NCBI GenBank assembly: GCA_023264145.1
Contig: JALQTA010000001.1
Location: 15,465 to 79,464 of the forward strand
Reading direction: 5' to 3'
Source of the DNA: Minisyncoccota bacterium
Lineage (GTDB): Bacteria; Patescibacteriota; Minisyncoccia; SW-4-49-11
Length of the DNA: 64,000 nt
Part shown: positions 47,567 to 59,800 of the stretch, in pieces
How positions within the stretch are numbered: the stretch's first letter is position 1
Layout: each line of letters starts with the position of its first letter
Translations under genes and position numbers: made by a program
The notes under the pieces: generated by a model
Told to the model about the DNA's origin: nothing
Database searches by the model: none
What the model saw: the letters and a program-made list of their open reading frames with translations, nothing else

Positions 47567-48640
47567 TTGATGTTAGGAATTGGGTCAAAAAATTCATTTG
47601 GAATTGATATCGGGACACAAACGATAAAAATTTCTGAAGTTAATAAAAAAAACGGACGGATATTGGTTGAAAATTATGCGATATGGAGTAATGATATCAC
47701 CAATATTATTCAAGAAAAAAGTGGGGAGCATGCTCTTTCAGTGGAGAAAATTGTATCTATCATCCAGATGATGCTGAATAGTGCTCAGATGAATATCAAA
47801 GAGGCTTATATGGCAATTCCATCATATTTAGCTTTCTCCACGGTGATTGAAATGCCTGCCCTGTCTGCAGAAGAACTTATCACCGCAGTCCCATTAGAGG
47901 CGAAGCAACATATTCCTGTTCCCTTTGATACGGTACAATTAGATTGGGTTAATTTAGGTAAGAAAGCCTCAAAAGACACCTTAAATATTTTACTTATTGC
48001 AATTCCTAATAATGTCATTACTAAGTATATGGAAGTGAGTCAGGCATTAGGAATTACCATAAAAGGATTTGAACTTGATGTTTTCTCTGTAATACGATCA
48101 ATTGATTTGCCACCTAAGCAAGTATGTATTGTGGATATGGGAGCACGTACAAGTACTGTAAGTATTATTAATCCTGATCAACAATTACAAGTCTTACAAT
48201 CATTTGACTTTGGAGGAAATCATATTACAGAAGCGATTTCTCAGCTAAAGCATATCTCTTTAATAGAAGCTGATTTGTTGAAAAAAAATAATGGTATCTC
48301 AGGCTCTGATACTGAAGTTTCGGCTGCAGTTCAAACACGAATAAGGGGATTTATTACCAATGAAGTTGTTCGAATGATTCGTCAAACACAGGAAAGAAGT
48401 GACTTTGTGATTGAGGATATTATTTTGCTCGGTGGTTTTGCAAAAATGTCTGGAATACAGGAGTTTGTTTCAATGATTATAAAAAATAATTTTAATACCG
48501 ATAAACCAATAGCTGTTTCTATGGCAATTCCTACTCCTAATCTAACTATAAAGGGAGTTAAAGATGCAACGATAATACACTCAACCTGGCAAGATCTTGT
48601 ATTATCAATCGGTATTGGCTTAAAAGATTACAATATATAA
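47567..48640 (+). CDS. pilM: type IV pilus assembly protein PilM (actin-like ATPase)
   Basis: N-terminal FGIDIGTQTIKISEV and an actin/FtsA-like fold; first gene of the pilMNO block. Confidence 0.65.
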   Translation: MMLGIGSKNSFGIDIGTQTIKISEVNKKNGRILVENYAIWSNDITNIIQEKSGEHALSVEKIVSIIQMMLNSAQMNIKEAYMAIPSYLAFSTVIEMPALSAEELITAVPLEAKQHIPVPFDTVQLDWVNLGKKASKDTLNILLIAIPNNVITKYMEVSQALGITIKGFELDVFSVIRSIDLPPKQVCIVDMGARTSTVSIINPDQQLQVLQSFDFGGNHITEAISQLKHISLIEADLLKKNNGISGSDTEVSAAVQTRIRGFITNEVVRMIRQTQERSDFVIEDIILLGGFAKMSGIQEFVSMIIKNNFNTDKPIAVSMAIPTPNLTIKGVKDATIIHSTWQDLVLSIGIGLKDYNI

Positions 48641-48641
48641 T

Positions 48642-49175
48642 ATGGATAATATTTCATTTATTCCTGCTAATCAAAAAAATATCAATGGACAGGTTTTGCC
48701 ATACTCGAACTCAAAACCCTACAGCACAACCTTTATGTGGATAACTATATTCTTAGTAATATACGGAATAGTGGTTGCGTTAGGGTATTGGTTTTTTATT
48801 GCTGAGCGTAAGTCAATGATAACAGAAAAAATTACAGATCTAGATAGTCAAAATGCAAACTATTATCCACAAGGAAATTTAGAGCAAAGTTTTTTTAATA
48901 TAACAGATATTATACAAAAACGAAGAGATATCAATAAGATTATTCAATCTGTGGAAGCAACCTTTATTCCTAATTTAAGAGTTAAAAATATTGTATATAT
49001 TAAAAAAAATAATACGCTTTTATTATCTGCAGTTGCTCCCACAATTAGTGATGTCACAACTCAAGTAGCTGCAATCAATAAATTACCTGAAGTATTGCCT
49101 TCAGATGCGCCTTCCATTGAGCAATTAGAAAATAATGAAGGAGCATCTTTTAATCTTATTATTAATTTGAAATAA
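48642..49175 (+). CDS. PilN-like type IV pilus assembly protein
   Basis: Bitopic (single TM near residue 45) and located directly after pilM; assignment is by synteny and topology. Confidence 0.4.
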   Translation: MDNISFIPANQKNINGQVLPYSNSKPYSTTFMWITIFLVIYGIVVALGYWFFIAERKSMITEKITDLDSQNANYYPQGNLEQSFFNITDIIQKRRDINKIIQSVEATFIPNLRVKNIVYIKKNNTLLLSAVAPTISDVTTQVAAINKLPEVLPSDAPSIEQLENNEGASFNLIINLK

Positions 49176-49180
49176 TATCT

Positions 49181-49750
49181 ATGAATAAAGAAAATATCTA
49201 TTTCAATATCGCCTTTATTGTAGTATTTGGTTTTTTACTAGCTACCATTAACTCAGTAGTATCTGCTCGATTTTCGTCTGAGATGAAAAGTATCAATGAG
49301 CTTGAAAGACAATTACAAATTAAAGAAGCTTTTGCAGCTCAAAAATCTCCTCAAGAACTATCTGAAAGAATGAAAAAATCTATACCTGCTTCTCTTGATA
49401 AGTCTGCTATAACTCTTGCTCTTGATCAATTTGCTCGGGAGTCTAATGTTAGAATGCCCTCTTTGTCAGTAGAAGAGACTAAAAAACAAGCAGTATCTTT
49501 AGGAGATACCGCGGGCACTTCATCAGTATCTGAAGCCGTTAATATCCCTGTAGAGATGACAAATACTCTTAGATCTGCAACTATTGAAGTTTCCATTGAA
49601 GGAGGAAGACGAGAGATATATGCTTTTATTCAAAAAATATTAACAGCAAATCCATATATGGAGGTGACAGACCTTTCTCTTTCCTTTGATAAAGGTCTTG
49701 GTGCTGTAGAAGGGAATATTACCGCAATAACATATTATACTGGACTATGA
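49181..49750 (+). CDS. PilO-like type IV pilus assembly protein
   Basis: N-terminal TM plus coiled coil, following the PilN-like gene; assignment is by synteny and topology. Confidence 0.35.
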   Translation: MNKENIYFNIAFIVVFGFLLATINSVVSARFSSEMKSINELERQLQIKEAFAAQKSPQELSERMKKSIPASLDKSAITLALDQFARESNVRMPSLSVEETKKQAVSLGDTAGTSSVSEAVNIPVEMTNTLRSATIEVSIEGGRREIYAFIQKILTANPYMEVTDLSLSFDKGLGAVEGNITAITYYTGL

Positions 49751-49903
49751 ACAATATCATAAAATATCAAAAAACTATTGTAAGATTAAGCTGTTTTATT
49801 ATTACATTATACTTTTTATATACATTAGGGATGATTATTTTTGGAGATATAATTATGAATACAGGGTCTCCTATACCAGATATATCTATTATTAGTAAAT
49901 ATT

Positions 49904-51634
49904 TTGGTTTATAATATGATGCAATTTGATTTAAAAAAAACATTTGAAGTTCTTAAAAATGACTATCCAGATATATTTAAGGATATCCAATCTTTTGAGT
50001 CTTTACCAGAATCTGAAATCCGAACTTTTTTAGAAAAGAATTTTACAGAAAAAGAATTGTTAAAAGTCAATGCTGAGCTATTGGGGCTTACTTTTATTAA
50101 TTTAGAGGATAAGACTATTCCAAAAGAACTTTATACTATCCTTCCTTTTACGATTATGAAGCGATATACGGTAGCACCTTTTGCTCAAGAGGGGAATACC
50201 ATATATATTGCTATTGCTGATCCATATAACTATACGGCATTACAAGCAATTCGATTTGCATTTCAAGATAAGAACTTATCCTTTGAACTTCATGTAGCCA
50301 CTGAAGAAGATATTAAACAATTACTTCGTAAATCTGAAAACTTAAGTAATACGGTTACTGAGACATTAGAGGAATTTCATCAAAAAAATGAATCAGCTCA
50401 AGTATTGCCCGACGTTGATGAAATGACCACTGAAAACCTTGAGACAGCTCCTATTATCAAAATTGTATCCGTTATTATTAAAAATGCGGTAGAGGGAGGC
50501 GCCTCTGATATTCATATTGAGGGAACAGAAGAAAATGTACGTGTTCGATTTCGTGTAGATGGGGTGTTACATACGAGTCTTGTATTGCCAAAAGAAGTAT
50601 ATTCTCCAGTAGTTGCTCGTATTAAAATTTTATCTAATTTAAAAATTGACGAACAGAGAAAACCTCAAGATGGTAGATTTTCTATTTTAGAAAAGGATAA
50701 AAAAGTTGACTTCCGTGTCTCTACTTTTCCTACTCAATATGGAGAAAAAGTAGTATTGAGAATTTTAGATACTTCAAATGGTATTCGATCTATAGAAGAA
50801 TTAGGTTTTATGGGCCCTAAATTAGCAATGATTCAGGACGCCATTACCAAACCATTTGGAATGATTCTATTGACAGGACCAACAGGATCAGGAAAATCTA
50901 CTACGGTATATACATTATTATCTCAAGTCAATAAAGAAGATATTAATATTGTAACTCTTGAAGACCCTATTGAATATTATTTATCCGGGGTCAATCAGTC
51001 TCAAGTAAAGCCAGAAATTAACTATACCTTTGCATCGGGACTTCGCTCTATTTTAAGACAAGATCCAGATGTCATTATGGTGGGGGAGATTCGAGATGGT
51101 GAAACTGCGGGACTTGCCGTACAGTCAGCCTTAACAGGTCATATTGTGTTTTCTACTCTTCATACTAATGACTCTCCTGGAGCTATTCCACGACTTATTG
51201 ATATGGGGGTAGAGCCATTCTTATTATCAGCTTCTCTTCAAGTAGTAATTGCGCAAAGATTGATTCGTAAATTATGTAATGAGTGTAAGAAAGAAGTACC
51301 ATTAGAAGAAAAAGAGAGAGAGTATATTAAAAAATCTCTTGATACCTTGACTCCAGAATATATCTCTTCTGTATATAGTGGAAATTATGAAAGTATCTAT
51401 GTTCCTGTGGGATGTCCTAAATGTTCCAATGGATTTAAAGGAAGAATGGCTATCTTTGAAATTGTCTCAATGACAGAAGAGTTACAAAGCATTGTATCTA
51501 AAAATTTTAGTGAAACTGAAATTATGGATTATCTCAGAAGAAATGACTATGTAACCTTAAAACAAGATGGAATCTTTAAGGTACTTAATGGATACCTTTC
51601 ATTACCTGAGTTATTAACATCCATAGAAATATAG
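49904..51634 (+). CDS. pilB: type IV pilus assembly ATPase PilB (GspE family)
   Basis: N-terminal GSPII-like domain, Walker A LLTGPTGSGKSTT, Asp/His boxes and a tetracysteine motif (CNECK...CPKC). The start codon is uncertain; MMQFD at 49916 is equally plausible. Confidence 0.8.
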   Translation: MVYNMMQFDLKKTFEVLKNDYPDIFKDIQSFESLPESEIRTFLEKNFTEKELLKVNAELLGLTFINLEDKTIPKELYTILPFTIMKRYTVAPFAQEGNTIYIAIADPYNYTALQAIRFAFQDKNLSFELHVATEEDIKQLLRKSENLSNTVTETLEEFHQKNESAQVLPDVDEMTTENLETAPIIKIVSVIIKNAVEGGASDIHIEGTEENVRVRFRVDGVLHTSLVLPKEVYSPVVARIKILSNLKIDEQRKPQDGRFSILEKDKKVDFRVSTFPTQYGEKVVLRILDTSNGIRSIEELGFMGPKLAMIQDAITKPFGMILLTGPTGSGKSTTVYTLLSQVNKEDINIVTLEDPIEYYLSGVNQSQVKPEINYTFASGLRSILRQDPDVIMVGEIRDGETAGLAVQSALTGHIVFSTLHTNDSPGAIPRLIDMGVEPFLLSASLQVVIAQRLIRKLCNECKKEVPLEEKEREYIKKSLDTLTPEYISSVYSGNYESIYVPVGCPKCSNGFKGRMAIFEIVSMTEELQSIVSKNFSETEIMDYLRRNDYVTLKQDGIFKVLNGYLSLPELLTSIEI

Positions 51635-51683
51635 TCAAATATATAAAAGTATGATACTATCAATATATGATAAATAAATACCT

Positions 51684-52061
51684 ATGAAACATAATATACT
51701 CCTGGTTGAAGATGATAGCTTTATTACCCAAATGTATGCTACTAAAATTGATGAATTGGGGTTAAGTGTTGTAACAGCATCAGAACAAGAAGAAGTAAAA
51801 AAAGCTTTAAAATCAAATAAAAAATTCAATCTTATCTTACTTGATTTGGTTCTTCCTGATGTGAGTGGCTTTGATATTTTGAAGTGGATAAAAGGACAAG
51901 ATGCTCTAAAAGATATTCCTGTTATTGTTCTCAGTAATTTATCTTCACAGGCTGATATTAATCAAGCCTTTGAGCTTGGGGTAGTAGACTATGTAGTGAA
52001 ATCTAATTATACGCCAACTGAAGTGATGAGAATTGTACAGAAATACTTGCCAGCTACTTAA
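51684..52061 (+). CDS. single-domain response regulator (CheY/PilH-like receiver)
   Basis: 125-aa receiver with LLVEDD, LILLDLVLPD and KSN motifs and no output domain. Confidence 0.6.
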   Translation: MKHNILLVEDDSFITQMYATKIDELGLSVVTASEQEEVKKALKSNKKFNLILLDLVLPDVSGFDILKWIKGQDALKDIPVIVLSNLSSQADINQAFELGVVDYVVKSNYTPTEVMRIVQKYLPAT

Positions 52062-52082
52062 ATCTAATTAATAAAAATCAAT

Positions 52083-53156
52083 ATGCAAATCAATTTACCC
52101 GATATTATTACTCAAATTGTAACGGCGAAAGGATCAGATATTCATTTAACCACCGGAAGTAAGCCGATATTAAGAATAAAAAATCGATTAATTACCTTAG
52201 ACAATCATGAAGTTCTTACAAAGGAGGGATTAGACGAATTTTTAAATACTGCTATTCGACCAGATCAAGTTACTCAATTATATGCAGGGAAAGAGCAAGA
52301 TTTTGCCTATACTTCTTCAGATGGAGCTTATAGATTTCGTGTCAATGCTTTTATTGCTCAAGGAAATCCTAATTTAGTAATGAGATATTTACCATCTGAA
52401 ATTCTGACCTTTGAGCAATTGGGACTTCCTACTATTATGCATCAATTCAGTCAGTTGATGCAGGGATTTGTATTGGTAACTGGGCCAACGGGATCTGGAA
52501 AGTCAACAACATTAGCTTCAGTAATTAATGAAATTAATCATACCAGAGATGTAAAAGTGGTAACGATTGAAGATCCTATTGAGTTTATATATCAATCAGA
52601 TAAAAGTATTATTACCCAAAGAGAAGTTGGATATGATACGGAAAGCTTTAGTGGGGCTTTAGAATCCGCCTTTCGTCAAGATATTGATGTTATTCTCTTA
52701 GGGGAAATGAGAGATTTAGATACAATGAAAGTAGCAGTTACGGCTGCTGAGACCGGGCATTTAGTATTCTCAACCTTGCATACTAATAGTGCTGCTCAAT
52801 CTATTGATCGAATTATTGATACTTTCCCCACCCATCAACAGGGTCAGGTTCGCTCTCAGATATCAACCTCCCTACAAGCAGTAGTATCTCAGAGATTAAT
52901 TCCTACTATTAAGGGAGATTTAACTCCAGCACTTGAAATTTTATTAGCAAATAATGCAGTAAAGAGTCTCATTCGTGAAAATCGTATTTATCAATTAGAC
53001 ACCGTGATTGATACCCATCGTAAAGATGGCATGATTTCTATGAATGTATCTCTGTTTGATTTGATTCGTACAGGAATTGTATCTTATGAAACAGCTTTGT
53101 TGTATTCTCCTGATCCTGTGAGTTTAAGAAATATGTTAAAAAGATCAACTATATAA
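52083..53156 (+). CDS. pilT: twitching-motility / pilus retraction ATPase PilT
   Basis: 357 aa, Walker A VLVTGPTGSGKSTT, and the PilT-typical AIRNLIRE-like helix (VKSLIRENR). Confidence 0.8.
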   Translation: MQINLPDIITQIVTAKGSDIHLTTGSKPILRIKNRLITLDNHEVLTKEGLDEFLNTAIRPDQVTQLYAGKEQDFAYTSSDGAYRFRVNAFIAQGNPNLVMRYLPSEILTFEQLGLPTIMHQFSQLMQGFVLVTGPTGSGKSTTLASVINEINHTRDVKVVTIEDPIEFIYQSDKSIITQREVGYDTESFSGALESAFRQDIDVILLGEMRDLDTMKVAVTAAETGHLVFSTLHTNSAAQSIDRIIDTFPTHQQGQVRSQISTSLQAVVSQRLIPTIKGDLTPALEILLANNAVKSLIRENRIYQLDTVIDTHRKDGMISMNVSLFDLIRTGIVSYETALLYSPDPVSLRNMLKRSTI

Positions 53157-53165
53157 AACATTATT

Positions 53166-54383
53166 ATGGCAAAATTTAACTATTTAGCAAAAGCACAAGA
53201 TGGAAGTTCTCGAAAGGGGACGGTTACGGCATCGAATTCAGATACTGCCTTAAGTACCTTGCAGTCCAATGGTCTGATTGTTATTTCTCTACAAGATGCC
53301 AATGCTCAGTCTGTATTCTCTCAAGACCTAGAAGTATTTAATCGAGTAACTGCCCGAGAATTGGTAATATTTTCACGAATTTTGGCTACATTTCTTGAGG
53401 TGCAAATTCCTCTTGTTGATGCTATGGCGATGTTAGCTGAGCAGAATAAGAAAAATAAATATTTTACTTCGGTTCTTGCCCAAGTAATTACTGATTTACA
53501 AGATGGAAATCTTTTATCAGAAGCTTTATCAAAACATCCCAAAGTTTTTGATAGATTATATATCTCTATGATACGGTCTGGAGAAGCTTCAGGAGGATTA
53601 CAGGAGACATTGACCTATATGGCAGATTATCTTGAGGATCAGTATGAGCTCAATAATAAAATTAAGGGAGCTTTAGCCTATCCTATATTTGTGTTATTAG
53701 TATTCCTGGTTATAGGAATTGGTATAGCATACTTTATTCTTCCTCAATTAGTAGATGTCCTTCAAAGTCTTGGTACTGATACTGAGCTTCCATGGACAAC
53801 TCAACTGATTATTTTAGGATCCAATATTATTCAAAATTATATTTGGTTTCTATTAGGAGGGATTATTATTTTATTAGGAGGAATTTGGGCCTTCTTAAGG
53901 ACAGAGGCTGGGAAGAGGTTTAGTGATACCTGGAAAATTAGACTTCCTGTATTTGGAAGTTTATTTACCAAAATGTATGTAGCACGTTTTTCTACCAATA
54001 TGAAAACTCTTTTACAAGGAGGGGTTCCTATTATTATGGCATTAGAAATTAGTTCTGATGTGGTAGGAAATTATGTCTTTGAGGGTATAATTAAAGAGGC
54101 TATCGTAGAGATTAAAGGAGGAGCTGTAATGTCAAAAGCTTTCCTAAATCATGCTGAATTTCCTCAGATTGCTTCACAGATTATATCGGTGGGAGAGAAG
54201 ACTGGTAAGATGAATTCCGTTCTCGAGACATTAGCTCGATTTTATAAGAGAGAAGTTGATGTAGTGGTCGATAACTTAACCACATTAATTGAACCAGTAA
54301 TGATTGTGATACTAGGGATTGGGGTTGCTATATTTGTGATCTCAATTTTGATGCCAATTTATAATGTGGCTGGATCTATTTAA
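53166..54383 (+). CDS. pilC: type IV pilus inner-membrane platform protein PilC (GspF family)
   Basis: 405 aa with two GspF repeats, each followed by TM segments. Confidence 0.75.
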   Translation: MAKFNYLAKAQDGSSRKGTVTASNSDTALSTLQSNGLIVISLQDANAQSVFSQDLEVFNRVTARELVIFSRILATFLEVQIPLVDAMAMLAEQNKKNKYFTSVLAQVITDLQDGNLLSEALSKHPKVFDRLYISMIRSGEASGGLQETLTYMADYLEDQYELNNKIKGALAYPIFVLLVFLVIGIGIAYFILPQLVDVLQSLGTDTELPWTTQLIILGSNIIQNYIWFLLGGIIILLGGIWAFLRTEAGKRFSDTWKIRLPVFGSLFTKMYVARFSTNMKTLLQGGVPIIMALEISSDVVGNYVFEGIIKEAIVEIKGGAVMSKAFLNHAEFPQIASQIISVGEKTGKMNSVLETLARFYKREVDVVVDNLTTLIEPVMIVILGIGVAIFVISILMPIYNVAGSI

Positions 54384-54417
54384 TATAACGTAATATGAAG
54401 AAGGGGGGTGTAAATAA

Positions 54418-54810
54418 ATGAAGCAATTAAAAAAAGGATTTACACTTATCGAGCTATTGGTGGTAATTGCAATTATTGCTATATTAGCTTCTGTGGTATT
54501 GGTAAATGTAAATCAAGCTCGTAGAAGGGCACAAGCAGCAGCTATCAAGTCAGCATTATCTCAATTAAGAACTGATAAAGAGTTAAACTTTAATGGTACA
54601 AATTATCCTTTGACACCAGCAAATTCTCAAATTCGAGCTACAATATCAGCGAATAATGGAACTTTTGCTGAAACTGCAACTCCTGGTCCAGCATATTTTG
54701 CGGCATCTACCGTCCCAGGTGAGAACGCATTTTGTGTAGATAGTACAGGGGTTGCTAGAACTTTAGGAACAACCGCTACTCCACCTACCACAGCTACAGC
54801 ATGTCCATAG
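54418..54810 (+). CDS. pilA: type IV (major) pilin
   Basis: Class III signal MKQLKKG|FTLIELLVVIAIIAILA with Glu at +5 and a C-terminal Cys pair. Confidence 0.7.
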   Translation: MKQLKKGFTLIELLVVIAIIAILASVVLVNVNQARRRAQAAAIKSALSQLRTDKELNFNGTNYPLTPANSQIRATISANNGTFAETATPGPAYFAASTVPGENAFCVDSTGVARTLGTTATPPTTATACP

Positions 54811-54847
54811 TTCAAATTACGATGTATAGATAAGAGATTTAACCCTC

Positions 54848-55702
54848 TTGTCTATCATGATAATTGGAACACAATATATGATAATAGGTATTTGGATATT
54901 TTTTAGTATTATTGGCCTTGGAATTGGGAGCTTTCTTAATGTCGTTATCTTTCGGATGGAGACAGAAAAAAAGTTCTGGAATGGAAGGTCTGAGTGTATG
55001 CATTGTCACCATACATTAGCCTGGTATGAATTAATTCCAGTACTTTCTTATATTCTACAAAGAGGGAAGTGTAGAGAATGTGAAGTCTCATTATCTCCTC
55101 AATATCCTCTTGTAGAGATAGGTACTAGTTTATTGTTCGGCGGAGTAGCCTATCTTTATGCTCCAGACCTTAGTGCGATAGTAGGGTTATCCTGGATAGA
55201 TTATGTCTATGCAATGCTTGTATTGATTCTGGTTACTCAATTGATGATTATTTTTGTGTATGATGTACGGTATCAGTTGATACCCGCAATACAATTAAGA
55301 GCAATACAAGTCTTAGGCTTGATATGGTTTATACTTCATTATTATCAAAATCGTATTGTATCAGATTCCTGGTTAACGGTACTGTTGAGTGTGTCAATTG
55401 TATTATTTTTATATATTGTTACCAAAAAACAGGGAATAGGGTGGGGAGATGTAGAGCTATTCGCAGGACTTGGTTTTTTTATCCCCTTTATGTGGTTTGT
55501 CCCATTTTTCTTTGGGTCATTTATTATAGGAACCATATGGGGGCTTACCGTAATGATAATCAATCATAATAATTCTTTAAAACAAAAAATTGCTTTTGGC
55601 CCAAGTATTATTGTTTCTTTTGTGATTATGTATAGTATTATTCAGCTCAATATTGTACCTTCTGTTAATTTATGGTATTATTTAATTATTCCTAATATAT
55701 AA
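54848..55702 (+). CDS. pilD: prepilin peptidase (A24 family)
   Basis: N-terminal Cys tetrad CMHC...CREC and polytopic membrane domains. Confidence 0.7.
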   Translation: MSIMIIGTQYMIIGIWIFFSIIGLGIGSFLNVVIFRMETEKKFWNGRSECMHCHHTLAWYELIPVLSYILQRGKCRECEVSLSPQYPLVEIGTSLLFGGVAYLYAPDLSAIVGLSWIDYVYAMLVLILVTQLMIIFVYDVRYQLIPAIQLRAIQVLGLIWFILHYYQNRIVSDSWLTVLLSVSIVLFLYIVTKKQGIGWGDVELFAGLGFFIPFMWFVPFFFGSFIIGTIWGLTVMIINHNNSLKQKIAFGPSIIVSFVIMYSIIQLNIVPSVNLWYYLIIPNI

Positions 55703-55709
55703 AATAAAT

Positions 55710-56216
55710 ATGCAAAAAGGATTTTCATTAGTAGAGCTTATTGTAAGTGTCGCTATTATTAGTACCTTGTCTACTATAGGAATTACTTCTTATGCATCAA
55801 GTCAACGTAGAGCTCAACTTGATGCAGATGTAATTTCTGTATATTCTGCTATTCGTAAGGCACAAAATAGGGCTTTATCACCCTCTAAATCTGATTTTGG
55901 TATTGCTGAGACAGATGAATTATGTGCCTTAGGGGTTGATTTTCAGTCTCCTAATAGAATTAGACCTTTTGCTATATCTCGTTCTCCTGGTCCAGGAGCT
56001 CCCTGTGGGTCGTCAGGATTACCAAAAGTTTATAGGGGAGAAACTCTATTATCAACGAGCTCCTTTGGTCATACAGGTACTATAGAAGTATTATTTAGTC
56101 CACCCTTTGCTCAAAAACAATCTACAGGAAATACCAATATCCAAATTCGAAACTCAGGAAATACCTTAACAAAAACGATTACCATTAGTAGTACAGGGTT
56201 AATAAAAACAAATTAA
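55710..56216 (+). CDS. minor pilin (prepilin-type N-terminal cleavage/methylation domain)
   Basis: MQKG|FSLVELIVSVAII class III signal. Confidence 0.55.
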   Translation: MQKGFSLVELIVSVAIISTLSTIGITSYASSQRRAQLDADVISVYSAIRKAQNRALSPSKSDFGIAETDELCALGVDFQSPNRIRPFAISRSPGPGAPCGSSGLPKVYRGETLLSTSSFGHTGTIEVLFSPPFAQKQSTGNTNIQIRNSGNTLTKTITISSTGLIKTN

Positions 56217-56219
56217 TAT

Positions 56220-56774
56220 ATGAAAATATATAAAGGATCAACATTGGTAGGAGCTCTCTTAGCCGTATTCATTTTATCTACAACCTTGGTTGCAATTCTT
56301 AATTTACAAGTAAGTATTATACAGGCAGATTTCTTTCGTAAATATGATAATACCGCAAATTTATTAGTGTCTGAGGGATTGGAATTAGTACGAGCAGTAT
56401 ATGCAAATAATGTTGAAGATACTTCTTCTGCTCCTTGGAATGAAGGACTTCAAGATGGAAGATATGCTATAGATTATGGTACGATAAATGTAATGAATGG
56501 TAATCAATTATTGAGTACTCAAAGTATAGGTAATACCTGTGATACGACCACCCCACCTACAATATCTTCCTCATGTGCTCTTATGAATACTGGAACTGGG
56601 TATAGAATCAATCCTGTAGGAAATACGATATATCGGTATGTTGATATATCGGGAAGTACCTCATCTTCTTCAGAAATTCAAGTGAAAAGTGTAGTTATGG
56701 TCAGAAATCCACGATTAAATACTACAAGAGTCTATTCTGCTGATATGACATTGTTTAATGTTAATAATAAATAA
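56220..56774 (+). CDS. minor pilin-like protein (non-canonical, Gly at +5)
   Basis: MKIYKG|STLVGALLAVFILS hydrophobic N-terminus resembling PilV/PilX types that lack Glu+5. Confidence 0.35.
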   Translation: MKIYKGSTLVGALLAVFILSTTLVAILNLQVSIIQADFFRKYDNTANLLVSEGLELVRAVYANNVEDTSSAPWNEGLQDGRYAIDYGTINVMNGNQLLSTQSIGNTCDTTTPPTISSSCALMNTGTGYRINPVGNTIYRYVDISGSTSSSSEIQVKSVVMVRNPRLNTTRVYSADMTLFNVNNK

Positions 56775-56777
56775 TAT

Positions 56778-57233
56778 ATGATGAAGCAAGGATTTACCTT
56801 AGTTGAACTCACAATAGTAGTAGGAATTTTATCTATTATCTTACTTGCTATATCTTCTCCATTTGTAAATATATTACAATATCAGCGCAATTCACAACAA
56901 AATGATAATGTTAGAGATAATATTCAATTTGTATTAAATGTACTTGATAAAGAATTAAGAACTTCATCGAATCCTTCCAGTACTGGACCAGGACAATTAC
57001 AAGTTACCAATCAAGATGGTATATCAGTTACCTATACATTATCTGGAGGGGTATTACAAAAAAATGGAGTAGCTATCACTGATCCTACGATATTTACTCT
57101 TACGAATGTACAATTTACTATTAATACGAATGGTTCCCCTACAGTCCCCGTTATTACCGTTATATTAACTGCAATACCCATTAATGGGGGAGAGTCTATT
57201 ACTATGCAGGGAACAACTATGCCAAGAAATTAA
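56778..57233 (+). CDS. minor pilin (prepilin-type N-terminal domain)
   Basis: MMKQG|FTLVELTIVVGIL class III signal. Confidence 0.55.
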   Translation: MMKQGFTLVELTIVVGILSIILLAISSPFVNILQYQRNSQQNDNVRDNIQFVLNVLDKELRTSSNPSSTGPGQLQVTNQDGISVTYTLSGGVLQKNGVAITDPTIFTLTNVQFTINTNGSPTVPVITVILTAIPINGGESITMQGTTMPRN

Positions 57234-57244
57234 TACTATATTCT

Positions 57245-57670
57245 ATGAGAACAATGTATAAAGGAGATATTACCTTACTTACCGTTATTATGTTATCAGC
57301 TATTATGCTGATTATACTAGGATCTTTGTCTCAAAAATCTAGTATTGAGTCAGTTATATCACGAGAAAATCTTTATTCTCAACAAGCTTTACAAGCAGCT
57401 AATACGGGTCTTGATGCCTGGCAATATCAATTTGTACAAGGACCAGTAGATATTAATGAGCCTCTTGAACGTGATTGGCCTACTATTGCTTCTTCACCAT
57501 CAGGGGTTCAACAATGGATTCCCTTGCCTGGAGGGCCAGGAGGAACAATAGAATATCAGGTTAAATATATACCACCCTCTGGAGGAGTTCCTGCACAAAT
57601 TATTTCGACAGGGCGAGTTACACGGGGAGCACTTATTATTGAGAGAACCTTAGAACAAGAATTTAACTAG
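57245..57670 (+). CDS. PilX-like minor pilin
   Basis: MRTMYKG|DITLLTVIMLSAIML N-terminus; last gene of the pilin block. Confidence 0.35.
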   Translation: MRTMYKGDITLLTVIMLSAIMLIILGSLSQKSSIESVISRENLYSQQALQAANTGLDAWQYQFVQGPVDINEPLERDWPTIASSPSGVQQWIPLPGGPGGTIEYQVKYIPPSGGVPAQIISTGRVTRGALIIERTLEQEFN

Positions 57671-57686
57671 ATGAGGAAATTGATAG

Positions 57687-59741
<2,055 letters not shown>

Positions 59742-59800
59742 TATCTAGATTTGACCAAATAGATAATTTTGGATACACTAAGAGTATAGAGAAAACATAT

